From assembly GCF_013407185.1 (NCBI RefSeq), contig NZ_CP026995.1, positions 1,043,913 to 1,075,912 on the forward strand: DNA of 32,000 bases. The letters are read 5' to 3'. Positions 22,849 through 31,431 of the stretch are shown piece by piece. Below the pieces are notes generated by a model, which was given only the letters and a program-made list of their open reading frames with translations, was not told where the DNA came from and made no database searches. The DNA is from Nitrosopumilus ureiphilus (GTDB taxonomy: Archaea > Thermoproteota > Nitrososphaeria > Nitrososphaerales > Nitrosopumilaceae). The position numbers and the translations under genes are program-made. Within the stretch, counting starts at the first letter, position 1. The number at the start of each line of letters is the position of its first letter.

Positions 22849-23559
22849 CTAATTTGATTTTTCAAGTTCTATTTCAAAAATATTTTCAAATACTTCAAAA
22901 GGCTGAGCTCCAAAAATTCGAGTGGTTTTTCCATCAGGCCCAATGACAAAAAATGCAGGAGTGCCTGTTATTTCAAGAGATCTTGCATCTTCATTACTTG
23001 CAAGAATAACTTGTGAATGCTTTTGACTATTCATGCATTCTGACCACTCATTCATATCTAATCCTATTTCTTGTGCAAACTTTACAAGATTCTCTGATGA
23101 TGCCCATCCATTATTTTCCCCAGTCCAATTTGAATACAAAATATCATGATACTCCCAAAATAATTTTTGATCATCTGCACAATGAGCACCATGTGATGCA
23201 GTTACTGAATCAGGACCGATAATGTTGTAATCTTTGAAAATCATTCGTACTTTTCCCGTTTCTACATAATTTTTTAATATATTGTCTTCAGTTGTGTGAA
23301 AAAATACGTTACAGAAATGACATTGATAATCTCCAAACTCTACTAGTGTAACCGGTGCATTTGGATTTCCAAGTAAAGGTGAGCCATTTTCCAAAAATGT
23401 GTTCATGGTAATTTTTGGTGGCCCTGTTTCTTGAATTTGAGGAATTGGCTCTATTGTTAATTCTGACTGATTAGTGATTCCCTGAAATCCTAAAAATACC
23501 ACTATTATGACTATAGATGCAATAGCAGCACCTATTCCAAGTGATGGTCCATGTATCAA
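22849..23559 (-). CDS. DsbA-family thiol:disulfide oxidoreductase, membrane-anchored
   Basis: 236-aa ORF with an N-terminal TM helix, VTLVEFGDYQCHFCNVF (CxxC) and GTPAFFV (cis-Pro loop region). Confidence 0.85.
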   Translation of the reverse strand: MIHGPSLGIGAAIASIVIIVVFLGFQGITNQSELTIEPIPQIQETGPPKITMNTFLENGSPLLGNPNAPVTLVEFGDYQCHFCNVFFHTTEDNILKNYVETGKVRMIFKDYNIIGPDSVTASHGAHCADDQKLFWEYHDILYSNWTGENNGWASSENLVKFAQEIGLDMNEWSECMNSQKHSQVILASNEDARSLEITGTPAFFVIGPDGKTTRIFGAQPFEVFENIFEIELEKSN

Positions 23560-23633
23560 TAATAAAATTAATTTTCTGACACATTTAGTCTTTTGTGCTA
23601 TTATGGGGATGACTTTCTATCATCTGATTATTC

Positions 23634-23868
23634 TCATAAATAAAATATTTGTAATGTTTTTGATGATTCTGATTTTTCATTTTCTGCAGTTATTGTAACT
23701 GTTAGTGTTTCTTTTTTGGAATTCTCTGTAATCAAAAATTCTGTTTCAAATAGACCGTTTTTATTTGTAATGCCATAAGAAAAACTCTTGATTGTCTTCA
23801 TTAATTACTAAAACACCAATGTTTGTATTTTCAATATGTCCATAATTCTTGCAAACCGCAATGAACAT
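23634..23868 (-). pseudogene. Two overlapping short ORFs (23761..23868 and 23634..23801) that fuse into a roughly 77-aa ORF if one T is removed from a T5 run
   Basis: Manual translation gives MFIAVCKNYGHIENTNIGVLVINEDNQEF|FLWHYK* and, in the other frame, MKTIKSF|SYGITNKNGLFETEFLITENSKKETLTVTITAENEKSESSKTLQIFYL*. The frames meet at the homopolymer 23780-23784. Confidence 0.3.
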
Positions 23869-23896
23869 ACACTAGTGCAATACACTATAATTTGTA

Positions 23897-24196
23897 ATGA
23901 TTTCTTTTGAATATCGAATTCTTAGTGAATATAAAATAAAAAAAGCAAAAATTGACACATTATCTAATTCTATTCTCAGCCATACAGATCCTAAAGGCAT
24001 TGAGGCAAAAGAAGCTTTAAAATTCCTTGATGTTTTGATTGATGAAATTGATAAATTCTATGTAGCTCATAGTGAAATTCTATCAAATAATGGGAAAAGA
24101 CCTCATCCTAGTTCACGCTTACCTGAAACTAAACAATGGAATGAGAATATAGAAAGTTTTTATGAAAAAAATCCACGCAGAAGGCCTAGAAAATAA
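23897..24196 (+). CDS. Hypothetical protein with a basic C-terminus
   Basis: 99-aa ORF with no family recognised. Ends KNPRRRPRK. Confidence 0.4.
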   Translation: MISFEYRILSEYKIKKAKIDTLSNSILSHTDPKGIEAKEALKFLDVLIDEIDKFYVAHSEILSNNGKRPHPSSRLPETKQWNENIESFYEKNPRRRPRK

Positions 24197-24249
24197 TTGG
24201 AATTCTCAACTGAACTAATCTAAATAAAAGGGTCAAACATACCGGATTT

Positions 24250-25299
24250 ATGAAGAAAATCTTTGTTAATGGATATGGTTCCATTGGCAGTAGAATTACT
24301 TCTTTTCTAAAAGATGATCCTGAACTAACAGTCATTGGTATAGGCAAATATTCTCCTGATGAAAAAGTAGAGATTGCAAATTCACGAGGTTTGGACGTAT
24401 ATGTTCCAGAAAAAAAGATTGGTGATTTTTCAAATTACAAAATTGCCGGTTCCATTGAATCTGCACTTGACAATTGTGATTTAGTGATTGATGCCGCTCC
24501 TGGCGGTCATGGTTATAAAAACAAAGTAAGTCTATATGAACCGAAAAACATCCCTGCAATTTATCAAGGGGGCGAATCAGTTATTGGGTCTGAAGCTGTT
24601 TCTGATTTATTGTTTAATTCACGAGCAAATTATGCTCAAGCCTTAGGTAAACGACATGTAATGCAAGGAAGCTGCAATGTTACTGGAATGGGCAGGATTT
24701 TAGAACCATTACGTGACAAGTTTGGTGATGAATTGATTCGTTTTGATGTCACACTTGTTAGAAGATGGGCAGATATTGAGCAAACGGAAAAAAAACTTGT
24801 TGATACTATAGAAATGTCTGAAAAGCCTCATCATGGTGATGATGTCAAGATGTATTTTGGAAAGGATGCTCCACTTTATGTTAGAGCAATCAAAGTACCA
24901 ACAAGACAAATGCACTTGCATATTATGGATATACGATTCAAAGGTATTGCACCAAAACCATCTGAAATTCACGAACTTTTTACAGATGAGTTTGGTGTTG
25001 CAAAGGTTTGGACTGCTAAAGGAACTAAAGATATTCGAGATTATGCACAAAATATGGGCTTCAATTTTACTGATACAAACATGATTCACATTCATGCAAA
25101 CATGACTACATCAATTGGTGACACCGTTCAAATGATGTATTCTGATGACCAAACAGGCATTGTTATTCCTGAAAATCATATGCTTTTACAAGCAATGTTG
25201 TTTGAAAAATCATACGAAGAAGCATTTACTCACACTGAATCAATTTTCCATATGAAAGAAAAAAAGGAAAAACTACAAGAATATTTTGCTAAAAAGTAA
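24250..25299 (+). CDS. gap: Type II (archaeal) glyceraldehyde-3-phosphate dehydrogenase family protein
   Basis: 349-aa ORF. VNGYGSIGSR (Rossmann), AIYQGGE, GSCNVTGMGRILEPL (catalytic Cys), PHHGDDVK, VPTRQMHLH and IVIPENH are collinear with archaeal GAPDH as remembered, though rather divergent. Confidence 0.75.
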   Translation: MKKIFVNGYGSIGSRITSFLKDDPELTVIGIGKYSPDEKVEIANSRGLDVYVPEKKIGDFSNYKIAGSIESALDNCDLVIDAAPGGHGYKNKVSLYEPKNIPAIYQGGESVIGSEAVSDLLFNSRANYAQALGKRHVMQGSCNVTGMGRILEPLRDKFGDELIRFDVTLVRRWADIEQTEKKLVDTIEMSEKPHHGDDVKMYFGKDAPLYVRAIKVPTRQMHLHIMDIRFKGIAPKPSEIHELFTDEFGVAKVWTAKGTKDIRDYAQNMGFNFTDTNMIHIHANMTTSIGDTVQMMYSDDQTGIVIPENHMLLQAMLFEKSYEEAFTHTESIFHMKEKKEKLQEYFAKK

Positions 25300-25301
25300 T
25301 T

Positions 25302-26555
25302 TTATTTTTTAATCCGTTCTATTCTTATTTTCACAGGGAGGTTCTTTACGACTTTCTCAACAACTATTCTTACTTTTCCTAATTCTAATTTATCGCCTTC
25401 TTGTGGGATGTCTTGTAACCTTTCATGTAATAATCCATTAAGTGTACTATAATCATCCCCTTCTGGTAATTCTGATTTAAAAATTTCATTAATTTTTTCA
25501 ATTTCGATATCCCCTGTTGCAACAATCGTATCTTTATCTATGGAGTGGTACTTGATTGATTGGGGAGAATCTGTTTCATCTTCAATTTCTCCAAGAATTT
25601 CTTCAATTAGATCTTCTAACGTTACTAATCCTTCAACTCCACCATGTTCATCTATCACAATTGCCATGTGTGTTTTTCTACCCTTCATCTCTCTTAGCAA
25701 TGCAGTAACCATTTTTTCTTGAGATACAAAAACAGGAGTTCTTGAAATTTGTTCTAACGTCTTCATTTTGTTATCTGATTCAAGCTCTCTTAGCACATCT
25801 CTTACATGAACGAATCCTACTATATCGTCATGTGTTTCACCATAAATAGGGATTCTGGAATGGGAGTTTTGATTAATTATTGGAAGTGCCTCAAAAAGCA
25901 ACATTTTTGCAGGAAGTGTTTGCATTTTCATTCTGGGGGTCATAACAGCACGAATTACTGTGTCGTCAAATTCTAATGCTCTGTGCACTAAATCCCGCTC
26001 TTGACTTTCTAACGCTTCATCTCTATGACCTTGATCAATAATTCCTTTGATCTCTTTTTCAGTTAGTGCTGGTGGATGATAGTCACTTCCAGTAATTTTG
26101 ATCATTACACGAGTAATTCTCTCCAATGTCCAGACTACTGGATATGTGGCATAACTAAACATTAGTAGAATTCCACTTGAACCAAGTGCAACTTTAGTGG
26201 CATTTGCATTACAATATGTTTTTGGGGTGACTTCCCCAAAAATAATAATTAAAAAAGTCATAATTCCTATAGCAATTCCAAGTCCACTATCTCCAAATAA
26301 TTTTATTGCAACTACCGTTGCCAACGCAGATGAACCTACATTCACTACATTATTCCCGAGGTTCACAGCTGACATCATCCAACCTGGATTTGATTTGAGT
26401 TTTTGAAGTGCTTTAGAACCTCGTCTTTTCTCTTTTACTAGTTGCTCTACAGTAGCCTGACTTGTACCTACCAATGATACTTCTAATCCGCTAAAAAACC
26501 CAGATAATCCAATTAATCCTGCTAATGCAGCAATCTCTAACCAAAGTTCTACCAA
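25302..26555 (-). CDS. DUF21-CBS-CorC_HlyC family protein (CNNM/CorB-type putative Mg2+/Co2+ transporter, hemolysin-like)
   Basis: 417-aa ORF with N-terminal TM helices containing GFFSGLEVSL, a CBS pair and a C-terminal CorC domain. The TTG start has GGAG 11 nt upstream. The next in-frame ATG would delete the conserved first helix. Confidence 0.9.
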   Translation of the reverse strand: MVELWLEIAALAGLIGLSGFFSGLEVSLVGTSQATVEQLVKEKRRGSKALQKLKSNPGWMMSAVNLGNNVVNVGSSALATVVAIKLFGDSGLGIAIGIMTFLIIIFGEVTPKTYCNANATKVALGSSGILLMFSYATYPVVWTLERITRVMIKITGSDYHPPALTEKEIKGIIDQGHRDEALESQERDLVHRALEFDDTVIRAVMTPRMKMQTLPAKMLLFEALPIINQNSHSRIPIYGETHDDIVGFVHVRDVLRELESDNKMKTLEQISRTPVFVSQEKMVTALLREMKGRKTHMAIVIDEHGGVEGLVTLEDLIEEILGEIEDETDSPQSIKYHSIDKDTIVATGDIEIEKINEIFKSELPEGDDYSTLNGLLHERLQDIPQEGDKLELGKVRIVVEKVVKNLPVKIRIERIKK

Positions 26556-26685
26556 GATACCAACTCCATAAACTTGTTAAAAATACCTCTATTACTCATT
26601 TAGTTATTTTGCACCATCTTTTGGTTGTAATAATTCTGCAAAGCATGGATTTAACTCTTGAGATATTATAGAATATTCTTAATCT

Positions 26686-26707
26686 TTAAGCCTAAAAATA
26701 GGCTTAA
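26686..26707. terminator. Perfect 9-bp hairpin (TTAAGCCTA aaaa TAGGCTTAA) embedding the thrC stop codon, flanked by T6 on the plus strand
   Basis: Read directly: arms at 26686-26694 and 26699-26707, stop codon at 26704-26706, T6 at 26708-26713. No plus-strand gene ends here, so the role is unclear. Confidence 0.3.
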
Positions 26708-28041
26708 TTTTTTGGGGGTATTGCAAAAATGTTTTTGGGATTCTGATGATATTCAACTGGCAACATTGCATCTTTTTGTCTGCCTGTAAGAATTCCTACA
26801 ACGACATCGTCTTTCTTGATAATTTCTTCACTGATTAACTTCTTTATTCCAACAACTGATGCTCCAGATGCCATCTCGCAATCAAATCCATTTAGTCCAA
26901 CAACTGACATTCCATCAAGCATTTCAGAGTCTGAAACGGTAGTTGCCACACCATTTGTGAATTCTAATGCACGTAAGCCTTTCAAAATATTTGCAGGTCT
27001 GCCAATTTGAATTGCAGTTGCTTTAGTTTTTGGTCTTATCCCTTCTTTATCTAAATGATCATAATATCTGGAAATTAGTTCGGTATTGGGACTTCCTTTA
27101 TTCCATCTGAGCTCTTCCCCCTCGAATTTTCCATTATACAAATCCGATAATGTGCTTGCACCTTCAGAATTTATCACAGCAATTCTTGGAATTTTTTTAA
27201 TCCATCCCCATTCGTACAATTCCATGAGTGCCTTTCCACAACTTGAAGTATTTCCCAAAGCTCCCCCAGGATAAACAATCCAATCAGGAGATTCCCAGTT
27301 AAGATATTCTAATGCTCTAAATGGAATTGTTTTTTGTCCTTCAATTCTAAATGGATTTACAGAGTTTACTGTGTACCCTTCATGATTTTGTGCATCTTCT
27401 AGTGATTGTTTTAATGCATCATCAAAATTTCCATCAACTTCTAAAATTTGAGCTCCAAATTGATATGCCTGACTTAGTTTTCCTGGGGCTATTTGTCCTG
27501 CAGGGATGTATACATCACAATTAATCCCTTCATTTGCTGCAAACATTCCTGCAGATGCAGATGTGTTCCCAGTTGATGCACAGACGATTTTTTTTGCACC
27601 TACCATCTTTGCATGTGTAACAGCTGTTGCCATCCCGTTATCTTTGAAAGAGCCACTAGGATTGTATCCTTCAGGTTGCAACCACAAATTTTTATTTGAA
27701 ATTCCTATGAATTCCGCAGCTTTTGACATTTGATATGGTTTTGATTGTCTTCCTTCTGCGCCATCTAATGATACTAAATATTTTGAACATTCCTCGAGAT
27801 TTTCAGTATCTATCTGACAAAAATTTAGTAATTCTCTAAATCTCCAAACTCCACTTTCATTAAAGATACTGCCTTCGGAATTACGTCTTTTGTAAAATAC
27901 CTCTTTCAAACCTGTTGAAGGTTTGTTTTTGTATTTTACATCTAATAGATGTCCCTCTGTACACTGCACATTTCTACTCTCAATAGGATATTCTAAACCA
28001 CATTGTGGGTCAATACATTTTAGATATGCATCTCCTTGCAT
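26704..28041 (-). CDS. thrC: Threonine synthase with an N-terminal zinc-ribbon
   Basis: 445-aa ORF with the N-terminal Cys cluster CIDPQCGLEY...CTEGH and the PLP-lysine motif NPSGSFKDNGMA. Confidence 0.9.
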   Translation of the reverse strand: MQGDAYLKCIDPQCGLEYPIESRNVQCTEGHLLDVKYKNKPSTGLKEVFYKRRNSEGSIFNESGVWRFRELLNFCQIDTENLEECSKYLVSLDGAEGRQSKPYQMSKAAEFIGISNKNLWLQPEGYNPSGSFKDNGMATAVTHAKMVGAKKIVCASTGNTSASAGMFAANEGINCDVYIPAGQIAPGKLSQAYQFGAQILEVDGNFDDALKQSLEDAQNHEGYTVNSVNPFRIEGQKTIPFRALEYLNWESPDWIVYPGGALGNTSSCGKALMELYEWGWIKKIPRIAVINSEGASTLSDLYNGKFEGEELRWNKGSPNTELISRYYDHLDKEGIRPKTKATAIQIGRPANILKGLRALEFTNGVATTVSDSEMLDGMSVVGLNGFDCEMASGASVVGIKKLISEEIIKKDDVVVGILTGRQKDAMLPVEYHQNPKNIFAIPPKN

Positions 28042-28064
28042 TGTCCTTTCAAATAATAGATGAT

Positions 28065-28072
28065 AATTTAAA
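28065..28072 (-). promoter_or_regulatory. TATA-like box (TTTAAATT on the minus strand) of thrC
   Basis: Centred about 27 nt upstream of the thrC ATG at 28041. Confidence 0.4.
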
Positions 28073-28146
28073 GCAAATGTGTAACTTTCAGACTAGGTCA
28101 AGCTATTTTTCCTAAACTTTAGATTAGATACAACAAGAAAATAATC

Positions 28147-28521
28147 GTGGTAACCTATAACGATCATCTGAGAAACATCCTAGTTCAGATACTTGAATCT
28201 TATAATTGTCTCAAAGAAGTTAAAGATAAACCCGGGGATCTTGCTAATATCAAAAAAGAGATGCTAAAAATTAACGGATTTCTAAAAGTTATTACAAATA
28301 AAATCGATGTTGAGAAGATTCCATCATCTAATTTTAAACCATTAAAATCCAAATTTCAGCAGTATTTACAAAATTATTCCTTTGAGCAAGAAATTGAAAC
28401 GATGATTCCATTATATTCTGATGATACACATAGAATAAAAAATATGAGACTGAAAATATTGGAAGCGTTGGAAGATAAAAAAATGCTATATGACGTGGAG
28501 AGTTTAATTGAGAAAATATGA
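28147..28521 (+). CDS. Hypothetical helical protein
   Basis: 124-aa ORF with a GTG start. No family recognised. Confidence 0.45.
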   Translation: MVTYNDHLRNILVQILESYNCLKEVKDKPGDLANIKKEMLKINGFLKVITNKIDVEKIPSSNFKPLKSKFQQYLQNYSFEQEIETMIPLYSDDTHRIKNMRLKILEALEDKKMLYDVESLIEKI

Positions 28522-28625
28522 TGGATGAAAAGAAATGCATCTTGTGTGGATGCAAAGATCACAAATTGTTTGGATGCTCAAGACACATTTCAAAAAAATG
28601 TAGTTGTTACAAAGAAATCAATTAG
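28518..28625 (+). CDS. Possible 35-aa Cys/His-rich micro-protein, ATGA-coupled to the preceding ORF
   Basis: Manual translation gives MMDEKKCILCGCKDHKLFGCSRHISKKCSCYKEIN (6 Cys, 2 His). The ATG overlaps the TGA of ORF 28147..28521. Confidence 0.35.
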   Translation: MMDEKKCILCGCKDHKLFGCSRHISKKCSCYKEIN

Positions 28626-28634
28626 TCTTAAAAG

Positions 28635-28751
28635 CTATTTTCTTTTAGGGCCTGATCTTTCATGAAAATTTAAACAACACTTGCATTCTTTTTCAAGACA
28701 TTCTGATTCACTATGATGATCACAAATCCCACATTCACAACTTTTTGACAT
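28635..28751 (-). CDS. Possible 38-aa Cys/His-rich micro-protein
   Basis: Manual translation gives MSKSCECGICDHHSESECLEKECKCCLNFHERSGPKRK (7 Cys, 3 His). It is convergent with the 35-aa ORF, 9 nt apart. Confidence 0.35.
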   Translation of the reverse strand: MSKSCECGICDHHSESECLEKECKCCLNFHERSGPKRK

Positions 28752-28819
28752 GCTAGTAATTATCCCATTTAGAATATAATTTATCCCCCAAATTTTTATG
28801 AGTTTATAGTCAAATGAGA

Positions 28820-29149
28820 CTATTTTTTAGATTTTGATTTTTTTACAGGTTTTTCTTTACCTTCTAATTCTTTTTTAATTTCATCTGCTTTACTATCTAC
28901 GGCTTTGATGATCTCCTGAATAAGACCATCAAGATCACTGTCTTCTGCTGGTGGTTCAACAGTACTTGCAATCTCGTTAATGGTACTTGAAATTTCAGCA
29001 CTTACATCCTCAAAACTTTCGGGATCTTCATATGCTGCATTATATAGTGATTTGAGGTTATTTACATGGCCAATTACTTGTTCTGTTAATACAATTCTGT
29101 AATCAGTTCCATTCACATCGAATTCTTTTGAACTCATACTGTTTTTCAA
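28820..29149 (-). CDS. Hypothetical acidic protein with a Lys-rich tail
   Basis: 109-aa ORF with no family recognised. Confidence 0.45.
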   Translation of the reverse strand: MKNSMSSKEFDVNGTDYRIVLTEQVIGHVNNLKSLYNAAYEDPESFEDVSAEISSTINEIASTVEPPAEDSDLDGLIQEIIKAVDSKADEIKKELEGKEKPVKKSKSKK

Positions 29150-29601
29150 ATTCTTTTGTTTATAATGTTTTTCAGATGATCAAAACTGAAAATTATGATT
29201 GGAATCAATATTATGATCTATTTTCTTGTATATCTTTCCCACAATGGATGCAAAAGTAAGTTCCATTGGTGTCCAATAATGATTGCATCCAGAACCATCC
29301 ATATTTTTTATGAACTTTTTGGTTCATTACACTCTTGCATTGTAAATTTTACACAAAATGCCAAAAAAAATCAACTTTAAACATCCGTCTTTCTATTATC
29401 AGTAATTTTTGAACAAACAACACCATTAATACAAAAATTAGTTAAAATCATTAAGATGATGACCTGTAAAAATTCCATATTACATCATCTTCAAATTCTA
29501 GATGAAGATTCTGAATTTTCCTCAAGACTTTTTGATTATGGTTAGATTCTAAAAATAGGAATGTCTAGGAAATTTATAGAATTAATTCATATCATAAATA
29601 A

Positions 29602-30348
29602 TTGACTGATAATAACGACAAAATTCTTCCAAAAGATATTGATTCTGATTATAGTTTACCTGGTCGCCTAGAGGAAAGCAATTCTGATACTTGTGATTCA
29701 GAATCTGTCAAACCAAAATCTCATACTCGGGTATTTTTATCAATTATGGTGCTCTCTATCGTTGTTTCATCAGGATTCTACTCGTTTTATTTTTTGAATC
29801 AAACTGATATTGATTCACAAATTATTGAAAATACTCTGAATTTGACTCCTGAACAAATACTGGCAAATCAATATGGTGTGGGGGATTATGGAAGTGAACA
29901 TGCACATGCAGCAATTGCAGTGATTGTAGATAACACGAAACTAAATTTTGGGCTTCCGCAGTTTCAACTCTCAAGCAAATACATTCACTTTGAAAATGAT
30001 AACTCCTATCTCATTCATAAACATGCAACAAATGTTCCACTAGATATGCTTTTTTCATCATTTGGAATGGAATTCACTTCGGATTGTATCATTTTAAACA
30101 ATAATGAATCTAGTATCAAAAATAAAAAATTCTGTGCTGAACAAGACCAATCGTTGGTTTTTTATGTCAATGGTGAGGAATATCCCTCTGACATCACTCA
30201 ATATGTCTTTCAACACAATGATCGAATTCTAATATCTCTTGGAAATGAAGAGTCCATCTCAAAACATCTAAAACATTTGGAATCTCTAGAAATCTTTGAT
30301 ATACCTAACAATGCCCCTGAATATTCTGAAAATACTATTACGATATAA
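29602..30348 (+). CDS. Membrane-anchored exported protein with conserved His clusters (uncharacterised family)
   Basis: 248-aa ORF. TTG start is uncertain. It has a TM helix VFLSIMVLSIVVSSGFYSFYF, followed by EHAHAAIAVIV...IHFEN...YLIHKHA...FYVNGEEY...NDRILISLG. Confidence 0.5.
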   Translation: MTDNNDKILPKDIDSDYSLPGRLEESNSDTCDSESVKPKSHTRVFLSIMVLSIVVSSGFYSFYFLNQTDIDSQIIENTLNLTPEQILANQYGVGDYGSEHAHAAIAVIVDNTKLNFGLPQFQLSSKYIHFENDNSYLIHKHATNVPLDMLFSSFGMEFTSDCIILNNNESSIKNKKFCAEQDQSLVFYVNGEEYPSDITQYVFQHNDRILISLGNEESISKHLKHLESLEIFDIPNNAPEYSENTITI

Positions 30349-30362
30349 CTCTGAAATGATTT

Positions 30363-30860
30363 TTACCACAATCTGCCTTTCTTTTTTAATGCGGATTTTG
30401 CATTACCTGAAATAGTATCTAGTGTATGTACATCATAATTTGCATTAGTGAAATCAGCTGATGTAAAAATTGCCCCTTCGAAGTTTGTATGTCTGAGATT
30501 TACTCCGCTTAGATTCGTATCACTCAAATCTGCATTTCTTAAATCTGTATAAAACAAATCTGCACCATTAATGTCTGCGCCTCGAAGATCAACTCCATAC
30601 ATTTCTGCATCCCATAGTTTTGCATTAGAAAGATTCACACCTCTCATGTCTGCTCCTCTTAATTTTACATAAAATAAAATGGACTCACTTAGGTCAGATT
30701 CTCTAAGGTCTGTACAACTCAAGTCCGCATTATGGATGTCTCGATTTTTGAGATTAACCCCACTCATGTTGGAATCAGACAAGTTTCTTCCAATCAAATC
30801 CTCATAATCAAAATTTACTTTTGTAAGATTTCGTTTACGAAAAACATCCGAAGTGTTCAT
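30363..30860 (-). CDS. Pentapeptide-repeat protein
   Basis: 165-aa ORF made almost entirely of A(D/N)LxX-type pentapeptides (ADLSCTDLRESDLSE..., GADMRGVNLSNAKLWDAEMYGVDLRGADINGADLFYTDLRNADLSDTNLSGVNL). Confidence 0.9.
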   Translation of the reverse strand: MNTSDVFRKRNLTKVNFDYEDLIGRNLSDSNMSGVNLKNRDIHNADLSCTDLRESDLSESILFYVKLRGADMRGVNLSNAKLWDAEMYGVDLRGADINGADLFYTDLRNADLSDTNLSGVNLRHTNFEGAIFTSADFTNANYDVHTLDTISGNAKSALKKKGRLW

Positions 30861-30931
30861 TATAAATTAAAATAGTAAATCACACATTTGAATTTTACAT
30901 CAATAACTTAATCTCTTATTAAATTTCAAAT

Positions 30932-31384
30932 TCAAAATACAATATAATCTAGTGCTGCCGCATCACTGATTAATCTAGTGTGTTTTGATCCTACCACGTA
31001 GCCATTTTTTACATCACTTGCAGGTATCCATCTATTTGTAGAAGAATAATGTCTCTTTTCTGCTAATTCTCTTTCAATAGCCTCAATATCGAATTCTCCT
31101 TCTTCAACTTGTTGCGTAGTGAGATGTTTGATAGTAACAAGAATTTTTGTTACTTTGACACGATCTCCGAATTTCCATTTTGATGGGGGATTCTCATCAG
31201 ATACTTCTAGAACTTTTATTTTCATTTGTTTATTTCCAAATGCATCATGACTAATCAATGTCCTCTCATCTGTGAACTCCTCAAAACTAATACGTGAATT
31301 CACTTCTGCATCAGATACTGTCTCAAGTAATGCCTCTGAGCTAATCTCCTTTGATTCAACATTAGTTTTTTCTTCAGTCAACAT
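30932..31384 (-). CDS. Hypothetical protein
   Basis: 150-aa ORF with an acidic N-terminal third. No family recognised. Confidence 0.45.
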   Translation of the reverse strand: MLTEEKTNVESKEISSEALLETVSDAEVNSRISFEEFTDERTLISHDAFGNKQMKIKVLEVSDENPPSKWKFGDRVKVTKILVTIKHLTTQQVEEGEFDIEAIERELAEKRHYSSTNRWIPASDVKNGYVVGSKHTRLISDAAALDYIVF

Positions 31385-31431
31385 GTGTAATTGTATCTTA
31401 TCCTTAAAAAACGATTTGTAATTATGTGAAA

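Noticed and set aside
24332-25095. ORFs 24332..24559 and 24709..25095 (minus strand) and 24833..25084 (plus strand) inside the GAPDH gene
   Set aside because: They are out-of-frame or antisense shadows. The GAPDH frame has clear family motifs and the others do not.
28557-28727. Identical 10-mer GATCACAAAT at 28557-28566 and 28718-28727, inside the two Cys-rich micro-ORFs
   Set aside because: The two ORFs are on opposite strands, so the shared plus-strand 10-mer does not reflect protein homology. No extended repeat surrounds it, so I treat it as coincidence.
29195-29380. 61-aa plus-strand ORF in the long spacer
   Set aside because: No start context, and the composition looks like translated AT-rich non-coding DNA. 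The region is better explained as non-coding; see the finding on inverted repeats.
29456-29514. Possible C/D-box sRNA: ATGATGA at 29456-29462 and CTGA at 29511-29514, 59 nt apart
   Set aside because: No proper D' box is present. The only C'-like box (TGAAGA at 29503-29508) is 2 nt from the D box, leaving no guide region. There is no terminal stem flanking the boxes.
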